Assembly (NCBI GenBank): GCA_951406725.2
Contig: OX597827.1
Span: 60,450,001 to 60,514,000, forward strand
Direction: 5' to 3'
Length of the DNA stretch: 64,000 bases
Source of the DNA: Octopus vulgaris
Taxonomy: Eukaryota
The translations under genes and the position numbers were made by a program. The notes below the pieces were generated by a model. That model was not told where the DNA came from. It ran no database searches and saw only the letters and a program-made list of their open reading frames with translations. This document shows, piece after piece, positions 11,158 through 22,545 of the stretch. The number at the start of each line of letters is the position of its first letter. Position 1 is the first letter of the stretch.

Positions 11158-13511
11158 CACTATCTGTGTATTTATGTGTGTGAAAGATAGCACTCGAGTA
11201 TACAGGGGTACTAGAGAGAAGTTAGATAACATTATATATAATGATACCAGTGGTACCTGCCCTACATAGGCTGGAATAAGATACAAAGAACTTGTGACAA
11301 AGCAAACAGGGTGAACATGTGGTATAAAACCGACAAATATCAAGGAGTAATGTTTGTAGAGGCCACAGCCATGAAGAATTAGCCTGTAGATTTAGGAAAT
11401 CTCTGAAGGAGACCAAACTCAACATTAAGATTGTTGAAAAGCCAGGGAATTTGATATATGTAATAATGACAACCAGTCACTGATCTTGCAACAAGCCAAT
11501 TAGCTGTTAACAAATCTCTAAAAGGCATGAAAGTAGTAACTATACTCAGCAGTAATGTTTATCGCCACTTCAACAAGGCTGTTCCATAGAAACTGACGTT
11601 ACATTACAGCCATTTTAATCCCAGGAGAACACCTCCTGCAGTTGGTTATTCAGCAATCTGTACCTGATATATATATATATATATATATACTCTTTTACTT
11701 GTTTCAGTCATTTGACTGCGGCCATGCTGGAGCACCGGCTTTATAGTCGAGCAAATCGACCCCAGTACTTATTCTATCGGTCTCTTTTGCCGAACCGCTA
11801 AGTTACGGGGGATGTAAACACACCAGCATCGGTTATCAAGTGATGTCGGGGGGACAAACACACATATACATATACGACGGGCTTCATCCAGTTTCCGTCT
11901 GCCAAATCCACTCACAAGGCTTTGGTCGGCCCGAGGCTATAGTAGAAGACACTTGCCCAAGGTGCCACGCAGTGAGACTAAACCCGGAACCATATGGCTG
12001 GTAAGCAATATATATATTGCAAGCAGGGGAGCAAACTCCTACATCTTCCAACGACAGAACCACCAGACCGTTCAGTTTCAAGCTACCCCAGTGGTAGATA
12101 CCTGTCCGCTAGAGATAGCAGGAGCTTGCAATATATAGAAAATAAGTGACAGCCAGTCGCGTATCTTGCAGCAAGCAAATGAGCTAGTTAGAACAGCACA
12201 GTCAAGCAGTATATTACCGGTTATGGTATATAACCGGTCAGAATATTACTGTTGGTTTCACATATAATGATGATTTTTTTTAGACATAGTAGCCCTAACC
12301 AGTTGTATACTGCTCTATATATATAAAGATATAACTGTTTTAATATTCATACTGAGTGCGCTTTTGTCTCACATTTATGTACGCGCACGCATACACACCA
12401 GAATTCAAATCTAAACATCATTTCATCTTAGTCATCTTGTCATGTCCATCCAGGCACAGAACATAAATCACAACACAGTGACCTCCCTTGTCAACATCCG
12501 TTGTTATTGTTCCGTCATCTATTTTACATGACGACAATTCACATGTTTGGTCGGATTCTTGTAAGTCTTGCAAGGTTTCTAATAGATATACGTTTAATTC
12601 AATTCTGTCCTCCACCAGTAACTAAATTACTTCAGCACGAGACCGCAAATTATGTAGCAGGAGACTGTATATTAATCCGAATCAGTATTTTTTACTAAAA
12701 TTTATTTTATATCGATCTTTCCTCAGTTCCCGCCCTAGAAGTAAAAGGGTCAACGTTGACCTCGGCAGGATTTCAACTCTGAACGTAAAAGGCAGTAAAA
12801 TACCACAAGGTATCTTGTCCAACGCTTACTAAATTATTGTTAGTGTCTTTAATTCACATTATTCCATTTATATATCTTTAAAATATACACTGACAGAGAT
12901 TGCTAATTGAAGATCTACATCGCGAATAATGCCTTTCTTTATTTACTGTACATTGTTCACTGTTATTAATTTTGGTAGTGATGAGCAAAACTATGAAAAG
13001 TTAGCAGTAAAGAATGAAGTAACTATTATATCCGCGGAACTTGCACTAAGCAAAAAGGTAAATACATGAAGGTTTGTGGTAAATTTTTCAGATTCTGTCG
13101 TACGAATCTGAAACAGCTCCAGTTTTCGTTAGTAACGTTTGTTTAAATAATACCTGAACTGTACTCATTAGAGAAGAACCTTATAAGTATGAAATCAACT
13201 GGAAATCATTTACTCGTGTCAGTTATATAAAAAGGTTATAAAACAATACATTGGAGAAACAGTCCTTCATGGGGAAAATCGCGAGAAGTCGTTCACTAAA
13301 AAAATTAATCTGTTGGTCGTGAAATGTTATATTTATGGAAAAGTCTTTTGTTAAAATTTGGGATTTTAAAAATGCACAAAATGTTACATTCCGAAGACAG
13401 ACGATCTCTCTGTGAAACGCATGGGAAAACTAATTAGGTGATAACGAGAGGTTAAAATTCCATCTATGGACAACTTTCAGGTTTAACAGTACCTTAAGAA
13501 AACATTAAAAA

Positions 13512-14465
13512 ATGCATACTGGGGAAAAACCGTGCCATTGTGAAATTTGTGGGAAATCTTTCAGTGACAAGAGTACTTTAATAACACATAAACGAATACA
13601 CATGGGAAAAAAACCATATCGTTGTGATATATGTTTGAAATTTTACTCCAGGAATTCCTCTCTTGTGTTCCATAAACGCAGTCATAGTGAAGATAAACCA
13701 TACACTTGTGATGTATGTGGAAAGTCTTTCATTATGAATTCCAGTTTTCTAAATCACAAAAAAATACACGGAGAAAAGTTATTTCGTTGTGAAATATGCG
13801 GGGAATCTTTTGTCCGGAGTAGTTACGTGGAAATCCATATGAAAACACACACGGGAGATAAGCCGTATCACTGTGAAGCATGTGGGATGTCATTCCGTGA
13901 TAGCAGTACTTTAAAAACGCATATAAAAAGACATACTGGGGAAAAACCTTATTGCTGTGAGACGTGCGGAAAATCGTTTGTCAAGAATTGCGTCTTGAAT
14001 GAACACAGGAAAAGACACAAGAAAGAAAGATCGTATCACTGCGATCTATGTGAGAAGTCTTTTGTCACCGTTTCGGATTTGAATTTGCACAGACGGACAC
14101 ATACGGGAGAAAAACCGTTTCCTTGTAAAATTTGCGGGAAGGCTTTCGTCTGTAGCAGCCATTTAAAAAGGCACACGAGGACCCATACCGGGGAATACTT
14201 GTTTCACTGCGGAACGTGTGGAAAAGCTTTCAGTGAAAATTCCAGTTTAAAAATTCACGAACGAATTCATACAGGTGAAAAACCATTTAAGTGTCAGGTG
14301 TGCGGAAAAGCCTTCAGTCATAGCACTTCTTTAAAACGACACGAACGACTACACGCTGGAGATAGACTGTATCAATGTGAGATATGTGGAACAGCTTTCA
14401 ATAAAAACAGCACATTGAAAAGACATGAAAAATTGCATACTACAGGAGAAAAGGCATATAATTGA
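13512..14465 (+). CDS. Intronless C2H2 zinc-finger protein (ZNF-2), 11 fingers, 317 aa
   Basis: Eleven tandem C2H2 fingers with TGEKP-type linkers; decayed finger sequence flanks the ORF on both sides. Confidence 0.88.
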   Translation: MHTGEKPCHCEICGKSFSDKSTLITHKRIHMGKKPYRCDICLKFYSRNSSLVFHKRSHSEDKPYTCDVCGKSFIMNSSFLNHKKIHGEKLFRCEICGESFVRSSYVEIHMKTHTGDKPYHCEACGMSFRDSSTLKTHIKRHTGEKPYCCETCGKSFVKNCVLNEHRKRHKKERSYHCDLCEKSFVTVSDLNLHRRTHTGEKPFPCKICGKAFVCSSHLKRHTRTHTGEYLFHCGTCGKAFSENSSLKIHERIHTGEKPFKCQVCGKAFSHSTSLKRHERLHAGDRLYQCEICGTAFNKNSTLKRHEKLHTTGEKAYN

Positions 14466-15324
14466 GAAATATGTAGGAGAACCTTTACTTCAAGATTTCT
14501 TATATTCCTTAGGCACAGTCACTCTGGAGAAAGATAAAGAATTTCTGTCCCTATGATGTGTATAGAAAATATTTTACAACAGTTCTGGTCTTGTTATTCA
14601 CAAAAGACTACTCACACTTGAGAAAAATCCTGTCTCTGAGAGGCCTATGGGAAAGCCTTTTTCTCAAATTAGTAATCTACCCTTTGTGCGAGTACATACT
14701 GAAGAAAAAGCCATGCACACCAGTGTAGCTAGAGTGTGTGCCACCCAGGGTGGCATTTCAATTTGTTGCCCACGGACCCCAACAAAAAGTACATATTACC
14801 TACAGCTGACCCATAAGCGGTGCTGCCCCTGCCTCTAGCTATGCTAGTAGCCATGTAGGGAATATGTAGGGAATTGTCCAGTGGTTACACTTTCAATTCT
14901 TATAAGCCACAGAAAAAATACCCGCTACACATAAATTTTGTTATTCCTACATCAGAAACCATTCTGTAGGAATTCCCTTCTAGTTATTGTACAGTGAAAG
15001 ACAATTTGTTAAACTCAAAACATAATATATAAAAAAAAAATATTAGCAAGATTATTTTTTAATAACTGCTTTATGATGTGGTTGTTTTATTATTATTATT
15101 CTTTCTTTCCGACACGACAGACGTATGTGAAGCGGCTCTGTGAGTTTTGTGCCAATTTTATTCGAAATTATTCTAAAAGTTGTAATATTTTTCGATATTT
15201 GTGTGGCCAAGCCGATTAACTTCTTGCGAAGCTAGTTGGCTAGGCAAAATTTTACCCCTTTAGGGGTAAAATCACTGTTTAAAATATTGACATTTACATT
15301 TTATTTCATTTGAACATTTCCAAA

Positions 15325-17091
15325 ATGTCTTTAAAAAGAGCAGCTGGCTATTCCCTTCTTTTAACACCACCCCCTCCACAAGAAGAAAAAATTTCGTTAG
15401 CGGTTCCGAACCGCCCATTTCGTGCCGTAAAAGGCAAAGAAAATATTGTAATGGAACGTGCTGGAAAGCAAAACATTCCAAATGAGAATAAAAGAGAAGA
15501 CATCACTTTCGACGTCATTTTAGATTTCCCTCCTCTGCCCTCAACCAATGCTATGGTACCGAAGGGGGAGGAAGGGAAAGATATTAATAACAGAGAGACA
15601 AGTAAAGAAGGGAGAAGTGAAGAAGATTCCAAAGGTTTTGCTTCAGCTGCGAAGCAGATTTCGGACAAGGTAAAAGTTTCGATAGAGGACATTAAAATGG
15701 CAAAGGAGTTGTTGAGAAAAGAGGGAAACAGTGTCTTCCTCAACACACCTCAACAACTCATACATGACACTACCAAAAATCAATTTTTTATAAAGTTTTC
15801 GATAAGAAAAATAAAAGACTGGTTAACGCCACACCCCAACAATTAGAAATGGCTCTGAAGCCCATATGGAGCAAAAAGAGCTATGTGACCAGAGGGAAGC
15901 GTTTCGGAACCGTGGAGGTTCGCTTCCCAACAGAGGAGCAAGCAAGGGCGCATGCCATTTCGCCCTTGCAAAATGAAAATTTGTTCCTCGTTCCAATGTA
16001 CCTCGGGCGTAAGGTCCAGAAAATAAAAATTAACACAATACCACCCAAACTAAACATATGGCTAGTGGCGGCTATCCTCTATGACATAGAGGACACTGCC
16101 ACTATTCTAGATGTTCAGAGGGTAAGAGAAAAGAACTGGTCAGGTATGGGTATTGAACTGCTGGTACAAATCCAGCAGGAAAGCATTAATGCCATACCTG
16201 ACTCAGTCATTTTACCAGATGGAACCAGGCTGCACATTACTGTAGAGGGGCGAAAGCCAAAATGTTACCTCTGCAGTAGCGAAAACCACCTGAAGAAGAA
16301 CTGCCCCATTCACAAAAAAAGAATGGAGGCATACGACAAGAGGCAGCAGCAACAACAACAACAACAGTACAAAACACCAAAGGCTGCCACACCACCTCCA
16401 ACAACAACCACCAAACCAACACCAACCCCAGCACCAAGAAAAATGACAACAATAAAACAAGGAGAAACACCAACAGCGTCATCATCACCAATAGACACAG
16501 CAACACCACCGCTACCAGCAGAACCAACAAAAATCTTTTGCCCTGCTGATGAAGGGCAGTCATCCAACACTCATCCCCTTTCCGGATCAGGACAGCTCGG
16601 ATTGTGCGAGCACTGATACCGAGAAAGGAGAATGGCACACAGTGCCTCTAAAAAGGAAAAGGAGGAAAAAACAAAAGGACACACAGGGGAAGCACGAACA
16701 AATAGTGCTTCTCAACATCAACAACAACAACACACACTCATGACAACAAACAACAACAACACTTTCGACACCACTACTACCACTGCCACACACACCAACA
16801 CCAACAGACACAATTACAGCAATAAACACAAAAAATGAAAAACTCGTTGCATACCTAAAAGACAAACAAGTACAAACATAACAGATTTCGTTATACCAAC
16901 ACACAACACACCACCAGTACACATTCTCACAATAAAAATCAACGCAACAACGTACAGTGACATAAAACAAATATTCCCTTGCGATGTCGGATCGCTAGGG
17001 AAAAGTTTCTCAAAGAAACTTTATAAAAATATTGTGGAAGCACCCGTGCAAAAGCACAAGGGAGTCACCCCCACCACCAACAACAGTAAGT
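15325..17091 (+). pseudogene. Retrotransposon ORF1 (RRM-like region + zinc knuckle), broken by about three frameshifts
   Basis: Pieces 15325-15846, 15849-16616, 16549-16743 and beyond; shift at the A-run near 15807 restores KRLVNATPQQLEMALKPIW; knuckle CYLCSSENHLKKNC (C-x2-C-x4-H-x4-C); poly-Q and P/T-rich tail. End coordinate approximate. Confidence 0.75.
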
Positions 17092-17131
17092 AGAGCCTTT
17101 TTCTCCTTTTATTTTTTCCCACCTTTGAAAC

Positions 17132-18037
17132 ATGGCAAAACTTAGAATCGGTTGCTTGAATGTGAGAGGCCTCGGGTCACCTTGGAAACAGGGTCACCTG
17201 TTAAACGACCTGAGGTTTCATGATGTGGATGTAGCAGCCATCAGTGAAACCAGGCTCTCCGACCCGCAGGAACTCGCAGCCCTTTTCGGCGGATACGAGA
17301 TATTTCTATCTCCGTGTCGGCCGGGAGCGGGCGGTGGTGGTACTGCGGTGTTGTTTCGGAAGGGCCTGGACTTGAAAATAAGGACAGTCTTCCTGGATCC
17401 GGAAGGTAAGTTGGTGGTCCTCGACGTAGAGGAAAAATGCGACGATGTTCTGGGGGAAACTCTAGGCGTTGACGATAACGAACTGAGCGGTCTGTTCAGA
17501 AGGACTTTCGGGCCGGGGCCAATGGATAATTTCCAGAAGTCGCTCGCCTGGCAGTGCTACCGAGGGGCTCTGCCTGTTCGGGATAAACTCTACCGGCATG
17601 GAAGTGCCTTCAGCCGGGCCTGCCCGAGGTGTTGCCAGGACGACGAAACCATTCTGCACGCACTCGTCCAGTGCCCGAGTATTGCTGAACTATGGGTTTA
17701 TGTCGAACAGCTACTGTCACGTGTAGGACGGATCCGGCTATCAGCCGAATCCATAGTGAAGATTGCCCCGCCGACCTCCTTTAACAAGGAGGGCAAGGCC
17801 GTTTTCTTGTGCCTAGTGGCTGTGGCGAAAGAGGTTGTATGGTGGACCCGTTTGAAAGGGCTAAAGTCAGACACTTTCCTCTTTGGTCAAGGCCTCATCA
17901 ACTTTTTCAAGTTTCACTTGAAAAGGAAGATGAGGTTAGAGAGGAGAGTGCTGTCCGATAGCAAGTTTTCTGAAAGGTGGGTGAATTGTGCGAGAATGGC
18001 CAGTATAAATGGACCAATTCTCAGGTTTCGCCTGTGA
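17132..18037 (+). CDS. Retrotransposon ORF2 remnant: N-terminal ~99 aa of AP-endonuclease fused in frame to the C-terminal zinc-binding (zf-RVT-like) domain, 301 aa
   Basis: LNVRGL, ISET, GTAVLF, DPEGKLVVLDV then WQCYRGALPV...CPRC...ETILHALVQC...W; no GDFN/SDH endonuclease motifs and no YADD-type RT motif. Confidence 0.85.
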   Translation: MAKLRIGCLNVRGLGSPWKQGHLLNDLRFHDVDVAAISETRLSDPQELAALFGGYEIFLSPCRPGAGGGGTAVLFRKGLDLKIRTVFLDPEGKLVVLDVEEKCDDVLGETLGVDDNELSGLFRRTFGPGPMDNFQKSLAWQCYRGALPVRDKLYRHGSAFSRACPRCCQDDETILHALVQCPSIAELWVYVEQLLSRVGRIRLSAESIVKIAPPTSFNKEGKAVFLCLVAVAKEVVWWTRLKGLKSDTFLFGQGLINFFKFHLKRKMRLERRVLSDSKFSERWVNCARMASINGPILRFRL

Positions 18038-18344
18038 TTGAAAAAGGTTTTATAAAAGGAGAAAGGGGCTCTCTACCCCCCCTTTTGACCAGGCTCCCGT
18101 TGGCTTTTATGGGGTTTTTTCCACCAGGAACCTTTCGAAGCGCCTCCCCCTATTGGGAGTTTTTTTTTCATTGTTATAATCTTTCGTTGTTAAACAGTTT
18201 TTACTCTGATTTTTTCAAAAACGGACAAAACCCTTTGTAACCTTTCGTCCTGTTTTGTCCCTTTATGTTTACTAATCATGTGTGTCAGCCCTTGTGGCCA
18301 ATAAAAAGAATTAATTATTATTATTATTATTAGGCGGCAATAAA

Positions 18345-18750
18345 GGTGGCGAGCTGGCAGAATTGTTAGTGCGTCGGGCGAAATGCTTAACAGTATTTCA
18401 TCTGCCGCTACGTTCTGAGTTCAAATTCCGCCGAGGTCGACTTTGCCTTTCATCCTTTCGGGGTCGATTAAATAAGTACCAGTTATGCACTGGGGTCGAT
18501 ATAATCGACTTAATCCGTTTGTCTGTCCTTGTTTGTCCTCTCTGTGTTTAGCCCATTGTGGGTAGTAAAGAAATAGGTATTTCGTCTGTCTTTACTTTCT
18601 GAGTTCAAATTCCACTGAGGTCAACTTTGCTTTTTGTCCTTTCAGGGTTGATAAATTAAGTACCAGTGAAGCACTGGGGTCAATGTAATCGACTAGTCCC
18701 CTCCCCCAAAATTTCAGGCTTTGTGTCTTTAATAGAAAGGATTATTATTT
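18345..18750 (+). mobile_element. Composite (dimeric) SINE family A
   Basis: Same architecture and junction as 485-880. Confidence 0.8.
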
Positions 18751-21399
18751 GGCAGCAATGTAGCAGAATCATTAGTATGTTTCACAAAATGCTTAGCAGC
18801 ATTTCTTTGACTCATTACATTGAATTCAGATTCTACTGAGTTCATCTTTTTTACCCTTTGGGGGGTCAATACAATAAGCACTGGATTGATGTAATCACCT
18901 AACCCCATCCTCCAAAATTTTAGGCCTTGTACCTTTAATTAAAAATAGTTATTTTTATAACTATAATTGTCAACCCATGCTAGCATGGAAAACGGACGTT
19001 AAACGATGATGATGATGATACAAACTTAGGCACAAATAATCTACAAACTGTAAATTTAATCCTCATAAACAAGGAAATATATCTTGTATTTTTAATGGCT
19101 AATAAACTTTATCACCATGTAATTGCTTTATTTTGGTAAAACAAAATGCAGTCAAGGAAATGATAAGTACCTTTGTCAAAAAAAAAAGTACGAAAAGAAA
19201 TTTGTGACAATTACTCAAAAGAAAATTTTAATCTGAAATTAAAATCTTAAAGTTACAGCATTTGGAGATTTATATTCTTTTTTCTGATTTCTAAAATGAT
19301 AAATCTCAAAAACTATATTAGTTTTAAGTATTTACTACAGAGATAGGCGCAGGTATAGTTGTGTGGTAAGGCGGCGAGCTGGCAGAAACATTAGCGCACC
19401 GGACAAAATGCTTAGTGGTATTTCGTCTGCTGTTGTTCTGAGTTCAAATTCCGCCAAAGTCGACTTTGCCTTTCATCCTTTCGGGGTCTATAAATTAAGT
19501 ACCAGTCGCGTACTGGGGTCGACTTAATCCCTTTGTCTGTCCTTGTTTGTCCCCTCTATGTTTAGCCTCTTGTGGACAATAAAGAAATAAGCTTGCTTCC
19601 CAACAATATGGTTCTGGGTTCAACCCCACTGCACATTGGGCAAGTGCCTTCTTTAGCCTTGGGCCAAGCAAAGCCTTGTGAGTGAATTTGGTAGGTGGAA
19701 ACTGAAAGAAGCCTGTTGTGTATGTATGTATGTATATATATATATATATATTATATAAAATCCATTCTGTCTGTCTGTGTGTGTCTTCTAGGATCTCATG
19801 CATCCTCCATCTGATTGCACTCAAATTTGATATGTAGATACCAACGGTATCAGGGCATGTATAAGTCTTGAAAAAATTACAAAAATCGATTCCAGGTGAG
19901 AATGCGATCGATAAAGCCATGGGAACGTGCAATTGTATGCGCAAGTGCATCAGCGTTGTGTGAATAAAATCGTTTTTCTTTGGAATAGAAAAAAGTCTAT
20001 TGTTATTTCTTCTTTTGCTGGTGTCTTAAATTTAGGTTAAATCAGTGTTTCTCAAAGGGGAGGCCTATGGGACGGTCAGACAAGTTGTTTTGAGAAAATT
20101 TGGTTTAAATGTTTGACAACTCAGCACCGTCCATTGGACAGGTAGCATTTTGCTCGTGTATATATATATATAGCATGGAAGGCAGATGTTAAAAACTGAT
20201 GTTGATATGTGTGTATCTTTGTCTACCACAACTGGTGTCAGTGTGTCCCCATAATTTAGTGGTGCAGCAAAAGAGACTGACAATAAGTACCAGGTTTAAA
20301 AAACAAAAATTTAGTTCTGGGCTCAATTCATCCACATAAAATCCTTTGAGGTGGTGCCTCGACATGGACACAATGTAATAACTGAAACAAGTAAAAGATG
20401 AATATGATGTATGAGAAAATATCTCTCCTTATATGAATTATTTTAACTGATATTTAGTGTCTTAAAGCAGCTGAGATGGGGGTTACTCTGAAGGATCTCT
20501 GGAGTAACATTACTCAACAGAATGTGCAGCTTGTCTCTAAGTTATGCCACTACTTTTCTGCATAATGAAGCCACATTATCTGGCAACTCTGAATATAAAA
20601 CAGGTAGAATATTTAGGCCTAATATGGCTGGTTTAAATGCTAAAGAGTTAAACTTCTTATATCTCTTCCTTTATTTCTTATATATTTCACATTAAACACA
20701 TCTGATTTTAAGATTAATTGAATGACAGAAATCTTCTGTTACATTTACTCTTCTCAGCTCTTCATTTCATGACAGGCAATTATGGTAATTGCACTCATAT
20801 TTCTAGAATATCTGAAGTTTCACCTGAAATCTTGCTATATTTATTGTGTAACTGACGTTGGTATTAATAAAATATTCTTTATTCTGTCATCACTTGGAAT
20901 GGAAACTTCCTTGTCAGAACACGTCATCACAGCATACATTGATAGTGTTCTCCCCGGCACATTCTGCACCACAATCTTTGATTATATCCACCATACTCTT
21001 TCTCCTTTACAAGATAGGAACAGTTTGGAATTATGCAAAGGTGTGGAATCATAGATACCATGCTTCTAGTGTGATAACTAAAAGCTAAATCATTTGCTAT
21101 AAATGAATAACTCTACATTCTATTTACTAACAGTGAAAACACTTCTCATGAGGTTCTGTGCTTTGCAGTATGGTGGTCGCTAAGAAAAAATAAAGAATGT
21201 CTGCTTACCACAAGAGCTGAAGCTATGTTCAAGATAATGAAAATATCAGGTTGGCAACAAATACAGCAAATAATTTAATGCATGAATAGTTAAAAAAGTT
21301 GAGTGGCTGTGTGGTAAGTAGCTTGCTTACCAACCACATGGTTCTGGGTTTACACTATATTTGTGACTGTCATAATTTGGGTTTTTTTTTTCTTTATGT

Positions 21400-22545
21400 C
21401 CTTTTACTAATCCCATTGCAGCGTGAAATGAGAGTATTTTAACATGCTTACTGACAATCATTTCTGCTGTCCATGATGGCTGGTGATAATGAGATTGACT
21501 TCAAGAGAGATACCAGAGGGAGTATTACATTACAAACTGAGATGCAAGTAGGAAGTGTTCCCACCAGTGAACTGCACAGATGTGTTTGCCAACGCTCCTC
21601 TCTGATTTTATTGATAATGTTGAATACACTAAACCTTCTATTGCAACCTGTGTAAGTTAACATTTAACAACAAACAGTTATTCACTTATGGCCACACCCA
21701 GAGGAAAGATCCCAACATTGACTGAATGACAGCCATGACATGGGCTCCTAAGAGAAAGAGGAAGTGTGGAAGATTTTAGAACAGTAGAACTGTTGAAAAT
21801 GAGGCAGGCTGGTGGATGGGGGAACATGGAACTAGATACAGATCACAGCTATTGACAGGATAACATGGCGAGAGAGTGGAAGCCTTATTGCATATAGCAC
21901 CAACTGGAAAGAAGAACTATTCATTTAAAGTTAACCTATCTCTACCAGTGTACCATATTTCCATAAAATATTTGCATTATCAAATTACTGCTGCATTGTC
22001 GAAAAAAAAATTATGATTTGCATCTACAGTTTCTGAAGGGTGGGTTAGTGACCATGGCCTTTACAAATCGTCTGAGACTGATGAGTTTGATATCATTACT
22101 GTTCTATTTAACTGTTACAAGTCAACCTACAAGAAGGGCATGAACAGTGAGGTGAGTTGGTGGGCAGGAAGTAAGCAGTTTTAAGCATATGGCTGACTGA
22201 AAAACTGGCATCATTTGAGATATTGAAGACAAAGCAGTAATTTAGAAAACAGATGGAAAAATCTCTTAGCTGTTACCACAAATGAAGCTGTGATGGTGAA
22301 AGGTTAATCACGAGTTCAGTGTAACCAGTAAAAAAATACTACTTGCTTCATAACAGTTCAATGAGAAACATAGTTGTTTGTTTGGAAGAGGATAGTCACA
22401 GCTTGTAGAAAATGAAGGCAAGTTTGGATATATAACACTAAATTCAGTTTTATTTTCTGTGAACCAACAGAAGAAAATCTCAGCCAGTCTAAATGGTACA
22501 ATATTTCAATAGTAGCTAAACAGCACATAATTTGTGAGTACACAT
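21400..22545. pseudogene. Possible heavily decayed hAT (SPIN/Buster-like) transposase fragments
   Basis: Short motifs only: RWKNLLAVTTNEAVMV (~22251, resembles W..L..V.TDGA..M) and WVSD/MAF...LQVNLQ (~22040-22135). Weak. Confidence 0.3.

Larger units (their letters stand above)
15101..18310 (+). mobile_element. L1/Tx1-type non-LTR retrotransposon, internally deleted (no reverse transcriptase), both ends present
   Basis: 5'UTR, gag-like ORF1 with CCHC knuckle, short spacer, ORF2 starting with an APE endonuclease N-terminus, 3'UTR ending AATAAAAAGAA; (TTA)n on both flanks. Confidence 0.88.

Noticed and set aside
12215-12246. Hairpin ACCGGTTAT-GGTAT-ATAACCGGT
   Set aside because: Single short palindrome with no supporting context; probably a transposon remnant.
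18363-18551. Recurrent short ORFs such as [16 protein letters not shown] and [12 protein letters not shown]
   Set aside because: Chance translations of SINE families A and B.
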